DNA of 64,000 nucleotides from Podarcis melisellensis. Taxonomy: Eukaryota. The stretch is from assembly GCA_964234715.1 (NCBI GenBank), contig OZ174277.1; one strand, given 5' to 3'. Shown here piece after piece: positions 34,493-48,984 of this stretch. The notes under the pieces are model-generated. The model was not told where the DNA came from. It was given only the letters and a program-made list of their open reading frames with translations, and ran no database searches. Every line of letters starts with the position of its first letter. Position 1 is the stretch's first letter. The position numbers and the translations under genes are program-made.

Positions 34493-36205
34493 CTTGTAAG
34501 TAGCCTTATTTCTAAGAGTGTGAGTTACTTCTAGTAGTGCTGCTGCTATTTGTTGCTTGAATCTACTTATACCTCCATAAGAGCTAGTTTGTCGCTGAAA
34601 GGTTTTGATCTTAAAAACGCTTGGAAGCCCCCCTGTCATCCTTCCCCCTTTTTTATTGACCCATCGGTGCAAATGTGTGAAAGATTCCAACTGTGGCAAG
34701 GATAAGGGTATGTTTTGTGGATATTTATAAACTGGTCTTTCGGTGTGTGTGTTTTTTTTTTTAAAAAAAATTATCGTAAGACATTTTTATACTTTTATTC
34801 AGCATTTTTTGTAAAATGTAACAAAAGTGGCAAAACTACTTATTTATTGTTGTGTGAGCATTCGTGGAAGAGAAACATCACCTATCACATAAAGTGGATA
34901 GTGCAGGGGTTGGCTGTTCTTTGGGTCAGAGTTGTGTGTGATGGACATTAAATCTGACATCAAAATACCTGAAAGTGGTCATGTCAGACCTCCATCACTT
35001 AAGAACTATTAAAAATCGGCAGTTAGACATCCACAGGCTTTTCCTGTGAGGTTTGCCAAAACTTCATCTTCTCAGTGGGATGTAAGGTGTTATTATGGAT
35101 AGATAAATGCAATCTTTAGTAGTCTGCTATTAAAACTAGTCTGCTTAAGTAGTTTGCTATTTATTAAAAAGTGTCTATTTTTACTTTTTTTCTGTATAAG
35201 CTGAACATTTTTTTTTAATCTATTGACTTATGACAGGTGTTAGCTTTTGTCCCAAACATTGTCGTCATTATTTAAATGGAGATTGCATATGAAAATGGAG
35301 AAGTTTATTGAGTGGGCTTGTGATAGTTTATGTGTGCTGTATGCTATACAGGAGTTCCAACTGTATGCCAAAGTTGCAAAGTATACATTTGTTTATGGAA
35401 CTATTGTGGCAGCTCCGTTCTTAGTTTCTATTCTAGACAGAATCTATTTGAAACATTCAGCTTGAGCAAGAGCTGAAGTTAGTTAATTTCCCAGGAAATT
35501 TGTTGGCCTAAGCGACTTCAAGCCTTCTGATATATAAACCTGACAGGTATTTTGTTCTTTATTGCTTCTGATGATTTTGGATCAGCCAGACTTCAGTGTT
35601 TGTAGAGATGCAGCACACTTTGTCAATGACGTTTTCTGAACCTTTTCCATTAAAAAACCCCAGGGAGCATGTCCTCTAGGTGGAATAGCAGATGTGGCCT
35701 TGCAAAATGCACCTTATTTATTTTTAAAAGTTGTATTTTTCTCACTTCTTATCAGATGAAGACTAACCATATATAATACTAAAACGTAATACTGTGTGTG
35801 TATATTCACACAAACACACCAAGCTATATACAGCCAACAACAGCCCTCACCCCCTCACCCCCAATATAGCATTGAACAAATCACCGTTCATCAGAGCATG
35901 CATGACAGCTGGTTTTAAATTGCTTCCTATTTTAGCTGTCCTTATACAGAAAGCTCTTTGTCCAATATATATGGCAAGCTTAATGCATACAATCTTCTTC
36001 TTGCCAAGGTTCCATAAATCCACTTGCCAGCAGCAAGCACCCCTGATTCTGCCCCACATGTCCAACACAATGATTGTTTTTCTGAGGGGCTACTGCATGA
36101 TGCGAGGCAGCAGCAAGGCATTGCTGGCAGTGTTCAAAATTAGCCAGGTGCCAGGCACATTTTGCGCCTGGCTATAGGCCGCTTGTGACCAAGTGAAGAT
36201 GCCTG

Positions 36206-36702
36206 GACCCCACCTGGAGTCCTGCGTCCAGTTCTGGGTGCCACAATTTAAGAAGGATATTGAGAAGCTGGAACATGTGCACAGGAGGGCAACTAGGATG
36301 AACCAGGGTCTAGAAGCCAAGCCTTATGAGGAATGATTGAGGTTTATTTAGCCTGGAAAAGAGGAGATAGGATACCCATCTTCAAATATCTCAAGGGCTG
36401 TCACATGGAAGATGGAGCAATCTTGTTTTCTCCTTCTCTGGGTGGTAGGAACCAAGCCAGTGGATTCAAGTTACAAGAAAGGAGACTCTAACTAAACATC
36501 AGGAAGAGCTTTCTGATGGTAAGAGCTGTTTGACAGTGGAACAGACTCCCTCAGAAGGTGGTGGACTCTCCTTCCTTGGAGGTTTTTAAGCAGAGGTTGG
36601 AGGGCCATCTGCAATGGATGCTTTAGTTGAGGTTCCTGCTATGCAGGGGGTTGATGACCCTCAGGATCCCTTCCAACTTTACAATTATATGATTCTGTGA
36701 TT
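36206..36702 (+). mobile_element. CR1 LINE 3' fragment
   Basis: [32 protein letters not shown] tail and CR1 3' end CCCTTCCAAC...ATTCTRTG. Confidence 0.9.
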
Positions 36703-36977
36703 AAGATATTATGGTGAAATAGAACTGAGTGTCATCAGCATACTGATAGCAATACGCTATCATTACGAAACTCCCTAATGAACATTCCGTTCCCAACAAT
36801 TTCATGTAGATATTAAATAGCACTGGAGATAAGAGAGTCCCCTACAGCCCCCCACTGTGTAGCTACCAGGAGGCTCAAAGGCAATGCTATTCTCTGGACT
36901 TGGTCCTAAAGGCAGGATTGGAACCGGTGTAATACAGTCAGTGCTGGTCCCAAGGCTAACTACTTGCATGTGTGCCA

Positions 36978-37012
<35 letters not shown>

Positions 37013-37167
37013 TGTCTTATAGAAAAAATGAAAAGCACAAAACTTGAAACTAAATTTATTTTAATTTGCAAGTAATACAACAAGCTTTGCCTGTGGATGG
37101 TGTATATTAACAAAGGCCACAAAGTTTTTCTTTGACAAACTTTGCTAAAAGGATAAAATAGGTGGTA

Positions 37168-37409
37168 CAGTGGTACCTCGGGCTAAGTGCTTAATTCGTT
37201 CCGGAGGTCCGTTCTTAACCTGAAACTGTTCTTAACCTGAAGCACCACTTTACCTAATGGGGCCTCCTGCTGCTGCCGTGCCGCAGGAGCACGATTTCTG
37301 TTCTCATCCTGAAGCAAAGATCTTAACCTGAAGCACTATTTCTGGGTTAGCGGAGTCTGTAACCTGAAGCGTATGTAACCTGAAGCGTGTGTAACCCGAG
37401 GTACCACTG
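37168..37409 (+). mobile_element. Tc1/mariner-type MITE
   Basis: TA-CAGTGGTACCTCGGG...CCCGAGGTACCACTG-TA; highly similar to 8094-8323. Confidence 0.9.
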
Positions 37410-38475
37410 TACTGAGAAAACAGGGTTTTACCCTCATAAGTAAGTTTTAATAAATCTTATTGTAACATTCTGGGTTTGTCTCTCTAGAAATATCTTTTAA
37501 GAGCTATAACCTTCTGCTGGTGATATCTGCCAAGAAGCATCATGTCTTTCTGTCGGGCACGGCAGTAGAGGGGAAGGAAAGGAAGCAGTACATGGTGTTC
37601 ACAGTATTGACCTTGAAAGTGAAAGGAAGAGCTAGCATTGGAAATAAAGCAATAGGTAGTGTTGTGGAGCTCTTATAGAAAGTAAACATGAGCCCCTTAA
37701 CTTGTGGGTGTTCAGATGGGGGGGACGGGACCACAAACTCCTTTAACACTTACTGTTTGGAAATGGCAACGTTTCTATGTTCAAGTTTCTGAAGTGGAGT
37801 TTTAATGGGAAAAGGATAGAAATAGATCATATTTTAAACTATTTCATATATTTCCTATCCAAGGTTTTAGAGTCTGCAGAGGTAACCAATTTAAAGTGCT
37901 TTTTCAAGTTGTTCCTTTTTTGTCTTGTCAGCGCTGTATCACTGGCAGGTAAGAGCAAAGTTCTGAAAATGTTTGTCTGTTTTATCAAAACGCATGCAGT
38001 GACCTCTTAACGGGGTCTGCATCCATTAAGGGTGTTAGTAACATGTATCTTTGTGTGTGTGTGTCTGAAAAATGTCACATTTTCTTCTTTTCTTAATGCC
38101 ATTTCTACCTTTTTAGAACAAAGTTATAAATGTAGCTTTATATAGCTGCTTTCTATACTTCCCATATTTCCCTCCATCTGTAAAAAAACCCCTGCTATAA
38201 TCTGGAACGTGTGTTGAAGGGTATGACCCAGTGACCATAGACAACGCCATAACTAGTGCTACATTTCAGAGATGGTTCCAATATTGCTATGTATCATCTA
38301 ATGTTAATTTTGTGAGATTTGCCATGGATGTGGAAAGTGGAACGCATCTGTAATAGCTTTTTGTGAGGGTGACATTTAAATACGTTGCTGCTCTCAGGTA
38401 GAAAAGAGTTGGATTCATCACAGTAACATGAGTTTAACCTTTTTAAAAACAAAAAAATTCTCATCTTTTTTGCAG

Positions 38476-38533
38476 TTAACTTTCCGAATTGTTTGGATTG
38501 CTTTCTGGAGGCTTTGCATTTTCGCCTTAAATC
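38476..38533 (+). other. AGPAT4: AGPAT4 5'UTR part of the first coding exon
   Basis: TCTTTTTTGCAG acceptor ending at 38475, 58 nt upstream of the ATG. Confidence 0.75.
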
Positions 38534-38711
38534 ATGGACATCGCTGGGTTTCTGAAGTCTCAATTCATTTGCCACCTCCTTATCAGTTATGTATTTATAG
38601 TGTCGGGACTGATAATCAACTTCATTCAACTCTTCACATTAGTCCTCTGGCCGTTCAACAAACAACTTTTCAGGAAGGTCAATTGCAAGCTGGCTTATTG
38701 CATTTCAAGCC
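38534..38711 (+). CDS. AGPAT4: AGPAT4 (LPAAT-delta) first coding exon
   Basis: MDIAGFLKSQFICHLLISYVFIVSGLIINFIQLFTLVLWPFNKQLFRKVNCKLAYCISS (human MDLAGLLKSQFLCHL...). 178 nt; donor C|GTAAGA. Confidence 0.96.
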
Positions 38712-39547
38712 GTAAGACATTTTTATAACTTTTATTTCTGTTGTGTTGTGGGAGAGTGAATTTTAAATGCGTAAAGCATTCCATGTTGCTTTTGCCAGAT
38801 GTGTGTTGGGGCATATGTTTCATCCTACTTTGGCGGGGGGGGGGGCGAGGAAGAATCTCCTAGTTGTTCCTAAATAAATAAGATGATTGTGGCACACACA
38901 AAAGCCATGTAGAAGTGTCTTCCAGGTTTAGCAATACTGCCAAGTTTTACTGTGATTATGAAGATAGTGATGAATAACTTCTACAAATCACAGGATGGAT
39001 TTCTTTGGATACCACAAAGACTAATGCAGTTGCATTTGTTATAGCCATATAAAATATCACAAAGTACTGAGCAATTACATTATTGTGGCTTTTGGGTTTC
39101 CCTCGGACAAACATACCTTGTGGTTTTTTTTGTCTCTAGTGGTTAGGCTGCAGATAGTTGAGCTTCTTTTCTTCCCACACTCTCCTCTCCTCAATTTCCT
39201 AAGTATATATTATTGAGCAGCCTCCCCTTTCTACTCATGGAAACCTTTGATATTGGCAGAGGGTTCCAACTGGATACATCTCTACAAATTTGCACAATGA
39301 GGGCTTTTCAGTCTATGTTTCAAACACAATTGGATTAGGAAAATGAAACTGTTCTGCGTTATTGTTGTTGAATTCCAGTTCTAAGGATTTTCTGCCATTC
39401 TGTTTTTGGCTTCTAAATGTCCCAGAACGACTCTAAGCAACAAAGCGTCCATGCAGTGTCTGTGAGTGGCATGTACTATGCACATGAGTTACAATCACAT
39501 ACCACTGTGCAGTTCAAAAATTTCCTTTTTGTAAAACAACAACAAAC

Positions 39548-39603
39548 TCTAACAAACTCTATCTTCTATGATATCTTTCTAACAAACTCTATCTTCTATG
39601 ATA
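39548..39603. repeat. 30-bp tandem duplication
   Basis: TCTAACAAACTCTATCTTCTATGATA repeated with period 30. Confidence 0.85.
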
Positions 39604-40032
39604 GCTTTAATGAAGCAAAGTAAGAGATTGTCACAAGGTATGTCCAGCCCATGGAAACAACAAAAGTGGTTTGAAATCATTTTAACGCAAGGAGGAGCTG
39701 GTGGGAACCAGGGGAAACACACAACTGCCTCACAGTCTCTTAACCCTGGTTAAATGGCAGCCTACATTCTAGTTGCATGAGGCTTTCAAAAATGCCCCGT
39801 TCCACCCATCCCCCACCCCCCCGCTCCCAAAGAAACCTTGAACTCAAGGGAATCTTCCTCTATCTGAAACAGTCTCTCTCTAGAGAGACAGACAAGAGCC
39901 GAAGTCTGTGAATAATCTCAATAGCGGGTAACGGGCTCCCTGGTGGCCACTTTCAGAGGAGTGATTTTTCTCCCCCACAGCCTGCTTTGATGACAGGTGT
40001 GCTTGCCTTTCTAAGAGAACCAAAGGGATAGA

Positions 40033-40036
<4 letters not shown>

Positions 40037-40078
<42 letters not shown>
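40037..40078. repeat. (GT)n microsatellite
   Basis: About 21 perfect GT units. Confidence 0.95.
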
Positions 40079-40079
<1 letters not shown>

Positions 40080-42963
40080 ACGGGTGTTAGTTGTCTTGGT
40101 TCCTAATTTTCTTTCTGAATAAATAAAGACGATGCCAATAGCTATTCTTGTGTGCTTCAAAGGGATGTTATTAAATCTCTGGATCAAATTACACTGTACA
40201 AATTATGACATTTGGATAGATGCGATGAAATCATTCTCTGGTGAATGGCAAAGCTCCTTGGTCTTAACCAGGGGCTGAGTGGAGAGTTTAGAATACCAGT
40301 ACTTGCCCTTGGAGGAGGAAAAAATAGAAAAGGGAGTGGCAGTGAAAAGAATAATTTTTGCAACAGGTTTTTTGAAACTCCAGTAGAATAGTTAAACAAA
40401 TAGTTAAATTGACCAATAAAAAAGGAATGGTCTTTAGCAGATGTGAAGTATCAAAATCATCTCTCACAATAATGTAGCATATGGCTGTTTAAATACTGAT
40501 GGCAGAGTATTCCCAGGGTTAGAATATGCTGAATGAAGTTTTTGTATACGAAGCTTGAAATGGAGACTCAGTTATGTGTGGTGAGTCAGGGACTGGTGCT
40601 ATTTAACCTATTCATAGGTAATTTATAGTCTGTGGGTAAGCAATGAGGAAGCAAAGTCTGTAGTTGAAACCATGTTATGTGGAAAGTAAAATCCAAAGCA
40701 AATACTGAAGGAACCCAAGAAAGTTCTCTCCTCAAGCTTAGATCCAGAAAACGGCAAGGGAAATGTAAAGTGGTGCAAGGACTATTTTTTCTATGCTGTT
40801 TCTATGTTTTCTAGACCGTCTAGAAAATATTTTTCCAGTGTGTGCTTGCTGAGAGACACACAGTGACCCCACTTCATGTGTTTGGCATTTGAGAAGCAGA
40901 ATCGTTAGAGGCTTGGGCCAGTCTTAATATATCTCTCTTTTTAACAAAGTACATAAAAGAGGTGAGGGCTGTGAGGGCTGGAGAAGCTGAGTGTACTTTC
41001 AACATCTTTTTGTGAGAGTGAGTTAGTGTGTGAGCCTACTTGGGGCATAGTGCAAATTGTCAGAGTTTTTCAAGTATGTACAGCCTTTGGAACAACTTAA
41101 TGAAAGGGTACAGCACCTACTTTTCTTGTGACTAGGTATTTTTGTCATTTTTGTTATCCCCCAAATTCTCTTGTGTCTTGAACACGTTCCTAAAATAACA
41201 AAGGTGTTTTTGCCACCTTAAACAGTGGCATAAGGTTTAGTGGACTGTTGTCCATGAGAACATGAGTAAACCTGTTCATCTTTAAGGCGTCATAAGTCCA
41301 GGGCATAAAAGAAAACAGCTACCCCTCTGGGAAATGAGATTCCTGCCACTGTCCTAGTCCTTCAGTGTCCTCGAATGATTTTTCTTGTGAAGTAAGTGTA
41401 CAGTGCATAGGAAGGAAGGAAACTAGCCAGTAGAACAATGGGAAGACATTCTTTCTGAATTCCTAATGTGTGGGGGAAAGCAAGTCAGGAGGAATCCTAT
41501 GCTTGCTACTCAAGCTACCCAACCAGGGATAGAGAAGAGAACTGCTGCTGCAAGAATATGAATCTTTAAAAAAAGAAAAAAGCAAGTGGTAGCAGGCAGG
41601 AAGGAAAATAGGTTTGTAAGAGTAGAGTGAGAGGGAGTCCCTGTGTTTGCCCCCCCGACCTGATATTTATTTATTTATTAAATTTATATACCGCCCTTCA
41701 TCTGAGAACCACAGGGTGGTTTTCAGTATATCCCTAGATATGATTTAGCCTATTGAATTTTCATGTTCTTTGGGGATCTCTCACTGGCTACCCAGTGTAC
41801 TCACTGGAGCTGTTCAAGAACTGAAATTGTAGAATGATTTTCTGAAGGAGGGATGAGAATATGGCTGAATGCTAATTCTTACAAAAACTTCTCTGTGTCT
41901 GTCTGTCTTAATCCAGATGATTGCACTGGATATCTGCTTGAAAAGGAATGTGAGATCATTCTTCTGAGCCTGCACAAACTCACTGGTCAGATTTCCACAC
42001 CCCACGCTAGAATGGGGCGGTGTCTGCCATGATGTAGTGTGGCACCAACAACCAGAATTGGCAGCAAGCAGCATAGATTTGCACTTGTTACAGGCTTTGC
42101 TGCATTTGCACACTGGCTATTCTGAAACATCTGGTTTTCTGTTTCAGTGGCTAATTTTCCTTCCCACCCCATCCATCCACTCCTCTTGTAGGGACTCAAC
42201 TGGAAAATTTTATATCACATTTTTAGAACATAATTCTTCCGTTTTGATTTAGAAATTGAAGAAATAAGATGATAATCATAATGAGTACCAAAAATGGAAC
42301 TCCAGTGCATTGTTGATGGTGTTTAATTGCTGCCCCCCTGGCACTCAGTTTGTGAGTGCATATCAGATTTCCTTATTGTCCATTGTAACAGTGCCTGTAA
42401 TGTTAATAGAGAGGAAAAAGACATTGTTGCATAAATGAGAGGATTGTCTTTCGCTTGCCAAGTATTTTTTTAGAGTTATTTTCCCGTTTGACCTCTTCTA
42501 CACACACCTTAGTTGAAAAATGTTATAGTCTTTTCAAATTATCTATGTTTTATTTTTGGCATTAGGTAGACTACTTTTTCATTTGAGCTTATATTTGTAT
42601 ATTGGCATAGTTAAAACTAAATGTTAGATTTGGAAGCCTTTAGGTAATGAGAGGACTTGATCTCTGACTAAAGTTCACTAGGTGTGGGCATTTAAAACAC
42701 TGTGATATTCTGCTTGCCTTCCTTCTGCCTCCTTTTCAGTAGCCTTTGGATATATATTTAGTGCTAAATAAAAAGGTAAGTGTTTAAAATGGTGTTTCAC
42801 CTACTGCATAAGGAGTCAGGAGGATCTAATAAGCCCCTAGTTTAAATAGGATTGGGAAATAAAGAAACATAAAGGGGGAAAAAACCAATTCTTAATTAGC
42901 TCAGCAAGGCTCCTGCTTGCCTTCTGGTGGCTTATCTTGATTACATGGCTGCATGGGGGTTAC

Positions 42964-43080
42964 CAGTGGCATGGGGGGGTTGTCAGCACCTGGGGCAAGG
43001 CAAGTAATTTGCGCCCCCTAACCCCCAGATGTTGCGCCCGGTGCGGCCGGCCCCCCTGCACCCCCCACGCTACGCCACTG
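42964..43080 (-). mobile_element. hAT-type MITE (family A, internally shorter)
   Basis: CAGTGGC...GCCACTG termini, 8-bp TSD GGGGTTAC. Confidence 0.88.
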
Positions 43081-43095
43081 GGGGTTACCCTAAAC

Positions 43096-43416
43096 CAGGG
43101 GTAGGCAACCTAAGGCCCAGGGGCCAGATGCAGCCCAATCGCCTTCTCAATCTGGCCCTCGAATGGTCTGGGAATCAGTGTGTTTTTACATGAGTAGAAT
43201 GTGTCCGTTTATTTAAAATGCATCTCTGGGTTATTTGTGGGGCCTGCCTGGTGTTTTTACATGAGTAGAATGTGTGCTTTTATTTAAAATGTATCTCTGG
43301 GTTATTTGTGGGGCATAGGAATTCGTTCATATTTTTTTTCAAATTATAGTCCGGCCCACTACATGGTCTGAGGGACGGTGGACCGGCCCATGGCCGAAAA
43401 AGGTTGCTGATCCCTG
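43096..43416. mobile_element. hAT/Charlie-type MITE (family B) with internal ~63-bp duplication
   Basis: CAGGGGTAGGCAACCT...AGGTTGCTGATCCCTG termini, 8-bp TSD CCCTAAAC. Confidence 0.85.
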
Positions 43417-43429
43417 CCCTAAACTATCA

Positions 43430-43831
43430 GGGATGCGGGTGTAGCCTAAACCACTGAACCTCTGAGGGATGCGGGTGTAGCCTAAACCACTGAACCTCTG
43501 AGGCTGATCAGGAGGTCATGGTTCGAATCCCCATGACTGGGTGAGCTCCTGTTGCTCTGTCCCAGCTCCTGCCAACCTAGCAGATAGAAAGCATGTCAGT
43601 GTAAGTAGAGAAATAGGTACCGCTGCGGTGGGAAGATAAATGGTGTTTCCATGCGCTCTGGTTTCCATCGCGGTGTTCCGTTGCACCAGAAGCGGTTTAG
43701 TCCTGCTGGCCACATAATCCGGACAGCTGTCTGTGGACAAACGCAGGCTCCCTCAGCCTGAAAGTGAGATGAGCACCGCAACCCCAGAGTTGCCTTTACT
43801 GGACTTAACCGTCCAGGGTTCCTTCACCTTA
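43430..43831 (+). mobile_element. Sauria SINE with tandemly duplicated 36-bp head
   Basis: B-box GGTTCGAATCC, body shared with the other Sauria SINE copies, ACCTT tail, TSD CCCTAAACTATCA. Confidence 0.88.
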
Positions 43832-46800
43832 CCCTAAACTATCAAACTGGGGGGAATTGCTGTGATGAGTGACAATGCATCCAAACATGGTATCAGCCTC
43901 AATCTTATGCTGATGGAATGGAAGGAGGTGGATTGGGGTTAAAGGGAAAAATGTGTACTGTATAAGCACCTGTGTTATAAGCAACTAAGAGCATTGGTGT
44001 GTGTAGGGGGAGGAATTGTGTGTGTGTGTTTTAATGACTCTGGGCTTATGAATCAGAGGATCATTTAGTTCAACCCCCTGCAATGCAGGAATATGCAGTG
44101 GCCCCTTAAGGGGCCTTGGTGTCATCAGCACCACACACACTGTAACCAACTTTGTGAGATTGGCTGTTTGATGTGTTCCTTTATTTTTCAGGGAAGTTTT
44201 TGAACTTTTCTGTCCCTCTCTCATTTTGTACCTTTCCTTCTGTTTGACTTTGAAATCTCTCTCTCTCAAACTCTGTAGCATCAGGAATGAGATTTCCTAA
44301 ACGGTATTTTATCCCAGTTATAGTTTTCTGTTGTTTGTTTGTTTGTTTGTTTGTTTGTGTGTGTGTATTTTGAAAGGATACTGAAAATCTGTAGCATATA
44401 TTCCCCACAATACCATCTGGTTGACTTCTCTGGAAATAGCTATTTTCAGATCAATTGCTGGGAAGTTGCTATGAAAAGGTTTTCCATCTCAGTGTAGCGG
44501 TGATCTCAGGTGATGTCTGCAGCCAGCCAGATGAAGCTTTTAATGAAAATGGTAGTTTTTCTGGGGAATGGGAAGGGTGTGCCCAGCATACGATTTGGCT
44601 TACATAAAATGTCTCTCTCCGTATCATAACAGGGTAATAAAATATGGAGCTCCAAAGCTTTTAGAATATTGGAAGTTATGTGCAAATGGGAATCTCCTTT
44701 TTGTGCTCTAAAATACATTCTAGTACCTGTCATACTACATGACATAAACGGAACAATCAAAATGGAAAATTCTTCAGGGTAAATTTCTTCATGTAGATGT
44801 AGAGCCATTCATGCTGAAGAAACAAGTTAGGCTAGGCATGACAGCAGTACATGTTTTGTCTAGAGGTGTTACTTGTGACATTTGAAGTGGCAAAGCTGGA
44901 GAGTAGTAAAACTCAGCCAGTCCTCCCTTAAGGTAGTAAGGAAAGGTTAGCAGAATGCTTAAAATATTTGTCATTGGAGCAAACATATGTCCCACTTTGT
45001 GCAATCTTCTGAAAAGGTTTATTTGGCTGTTTTTTAGGAATTGAAAAAAAAATAGCCTGGCAACTTCCAAGATCTATTTTCTAGTTATGCCACATTAATT
45101 CTGGCTTAAGGGATGGGGAAAGGAGGCCAACTCTTCAAATGTATCTAAATTGTTCAACATAGCTGAGATAATTTATGTCGGCTAATTAGGCTGCTGTCCT
45201 AGTTTAACTCTGTGAAGTTCTCTCTCTCTTTCTTTCTCTACTTTTCCCTGTGAGTTCTTATAAGACAGTGTTCCTCATGAACTTGGAGGTAAAACTGCTA
45301 TTACAGAATCATTTATTCATCTCAATATAGTGAGTCTTGCTTAAGTTTCCCACTCTTCTGCTGCCATGCCCTCTGGAACCCTTTTGCCATATTTTTTTCC
45401 CCTGCACTCTGGAGTTTTTGCACCAGGGCTTGCATGAATCAGAATTAGTGTCCAGCTGGTGAAAGGGTCAGGCAGTTACTTTCTGGAGTACAAAAGTTAT
45501 TTGGGAGCCCTTTCTTCCTCCATTGACCTTGGGCAGTCCATACATGTGAGCTGGTCTATAGAACTGAAATAAATACCCCATGTCTTTTATGTGCACATGC
45601 ATGTGTGAGAGAAGTATTACTTAAATATATGAGTGTTGTGCTTGAAGCTAAAGTGTGTATCCACAATAATCTGACAGGAAATTGGGCAATCTGTTATCTT
45701 TCTTTAAAACCTTTACTTGAAGTCAGTGCTAGTAAGCTCCTGGATTGTGTTGGTTTTGAAGATGCTCATCTCCCCCACTCTTCCCCATGTGTACAGTGAA
45801 GGTTTGACTATAAATAATAAGATTTAATTAATGCTTCTTGAATTTTTATCCCTTAAAAAAAAACTGACTGCAAATGAGTGTGTGCTGTTGCATTTTTCTT
45901 GTACTCTTTTCTCATTCATGGGCTCATAGATAAACTGAATAAACAACAATTACTTGGCAAATAATTACTCATCCCTGAAGGCGCTGATTGAATACAGCAG
46001 GGGAGCAAAAGTTGCAGTGGTAAAAACATTATTTGGCTGGTAGTGTGGATGTAGAAAATAGGAGAAGGAAGTTGAACACTTTTCTGTGTTTTGGCACATT
46101 CTGGTTTTGGACACAACAGGGAACAGCAATGCATCTGGGCCAAATACCGCAGGATTTCATGTGGCATATAGTCGTCCGAGTGTACCTTCCACATCACATT
46201 TAAATACATGCATTTTGTTTTTTAATTGCTCTACATTACATCCCTTGTTTGAAACACTAGCCATGCCCAGGAACTACATGTGATGAGGATTACTTGGGAG
46301 GAATACAGGGAATAAATACAACCTCCATCCTATTTTCTGCCCTTCATGAGAATGAGGCTGAAGGTCTGAAGCAGTGAGCCTCAATTAACAGTTAAAGACT
46401 TTGAGGCAGACAAATCCACGGAGAGTTGTTATATTTATTTATTTAATTAACCTACATACCACTCTTCAACAGAAAATATCAAGGTAGTTTTATAATAAAA
46501 TATTTATTCTCTTTAAAAAACAACAACATTCAAAGCAGTGGCAGCTTTTCTTTTCTTTTTTGTGGATGGTATACAAAATAGACTTTTTTTGGCTATGACA
46601 GCATCTTCCCTTGTCCTCTCCCCATTTTTTGTAAGTTTTCTTTCACTGTGTTCAAAATATTCACCTCAATACCTGGAGTGTGGGGGTGATGGTAGCTTGT
46701 ACGACACACATGATAATAAACCAGTAGAATGCAAGTTTAAAATTCAACATGAGGAGCAAAGCCATCAGGTAAGCAAACGGATAAATCTGAATCCCTTAAT

Positions 46801-47553
46801 TCTGAGACCTGAATCATTCATGGTACTAAATTTGTGTCTGTTCAAATAAAAAGCTTCGGCCTAATGGAATATGTGGGCTTCCTGTTTATGGCACCCACTT
46901 TCTTTTGCTCCCCGCTTCTGAAGAAACTTGAGTACAAAGAGTGCTGCTTACAGAAGGATAATTATGCAGTCATTTTACTATTCTGCAGAGTAACACCTGA
47001 TTTAAATGTCATTTTTTCAAGTGCACTTGAGAGAACTATTTTGCGCTTCAATCGGGGCTGATATTCTACGTGGCTTTAATCCTTAGTAGGGGAAATGCTT
47101 TTTGTTTTGCTTTTTTGCATTCACAGTTGTTTCAGGCACTAAAATCAAATGTTGTTTGAAGTTTCTGTATCCAAATTCTGAAGAAGGTGATTTGTGCTTA
47201 CTCTTGACAGTGTATATTTTCATGTCTGAACACTCTTTTGATACATTTTTAAAGTACGTACCAAAATATTAAATATCTGTAGTAGGCTGGTGGCAAATGT
47301 CCCTTTCTTGGGAAATAAGCTTGAGGGAAGTGGTGGGCAACCAGATCCAGGCACTCTTAGATGCAGCTAATTTTTCTAGATCTGCTTCTTTTGGTCTGGT
47401 TTTGGCAGTAAGGGGGAAAAAAACCATTTGTTGCCTTTCTATCAGGAGAAAGATGTGGGGAAGGTAACCCTTCTGATTTCTCCTTGATCTTTTAGTGGTT
47501 TCTGATACTATTGATCTTCATATCCATCAGGAACAGTTGTCTGAGATGGCAGT

Positions 47554-47917
47554 AAAAAGGTAAGGGTAAAGGACCCCTGACAGTTAAGTCCAGTCGCGGA
47601 CGACTCTGGGGTTGTGGCCCTCATCTCGCTTTACTGGCCGAGGGAGCTGACGTTTGTGTGCAGACAGTTTTTCCGGGTCATGTGGCCAGCACGACTAAGC
47701 CGCTTCTGGCAAACCAGAGCAGCACACGGAAACGGCGTTTACCTTCCCGCTGGAGCAGTACCTATTTATCTACTTGCACTTTGATGTGCTTTCCAACTGC
47801 TAGGTTGGCAGGAGCAGGGACCGAGCAACGGGAGCTCACCCCGTCGCGGGGATTCAAACCACCGACCTTCTGATCGGCAAGCCCTAGGCTCAGTGGTTTA
47901 GACCACGGCGCCACCCG
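47554..47917 (-). mobile_element. Sauria SINE
   Basis: Near-identical to 50406-50757; AAAGGT-type tail on +. Confidence 0.88.
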
Positions 47918-48984
47918 TACTGCATTGCAATGGTTCCATTTATTCCTGGATGGCTCTCTCCAAAAAACCGTGCTGGGGGATTTCTGCTTGACCCCATGGT
48001 GTTTGCATTTTGGGTTCCATCTTTATCCTCCATGCTTTTTAGCATTAAATAAGTAAGTTAGATCAGCTAGGGACTTGGAGTCTGTTGTCATCAGTATGCA
48101 ATTGGCACACTGCTCTTCCTGCTTCATATCTCTTAGAGTGTAGTGTGAAATGTAAAGGAGAAGGTTTTAGGTGGTGGTGGTGGGGTTAAATTTTTTTTTT
48201 CTTGCTCTGCCAAGTTCTGAAGTTCAACTGAGATTCTAATAAGTTGCTATTCCTGCTTCATATATCCATTCCCCCCTCCCTTTCTTCTTTCTGGTATGTA
48301 TGTATGTATGTATGTATGTGTGTATTTTATATACTGCCCTATACCCAGAGGTCTCAGGGCGGTTCACACAACAAAATCAGAATATAAAATCACAAAATAT
48401 ATAATCAAAATTAAGAACAACCCAATAACACCCCCCCAAACCCCACATTTTAAAAGGGCCATTTTGTTAACCATTTCAAATTAAGTGCATCTTGGAGAAC
48501 CATAACTGTGGGGTGGAGGACAAAAGCAACAGGCAGGGGAATAAGCCCCCCCCCCCCCACTTTTAAATTGTCCCACCTCTACAAAAAACACATTTAAATT
48601 ATGTGGCACAACTGTTGTTTGGGATACAGGTCATGTCACTACTATAATATCTATTTACCCCTTAAATTTTATACTTCACTTAGGATAAGAAATACTTTTG
48701 TTCTAGGAAAAAAATCAAAGAGTTAGGCTATTTTTAAAATAAATAAATAAATTGAGTGGCACTGACAGTAGTACGATAGCAGCCTTAGCTCAAAAGCTTT
48801 TAAGCTGTTCTTGCCTGAATGCATGTTTCCCCCCTATGGGAATGTATTGCAAAAGATCAGTTCCTAGTTTCCTTGCTTGTCAGCTGTCTCCCTTCCTGAG
48901 ATCTGTCTTCTGTTCCACACTATTCAGAATAATATAAAAGGGTAGGTAAAAAATAAAAACCCCACAGAAAACTAAATCCAGGAC

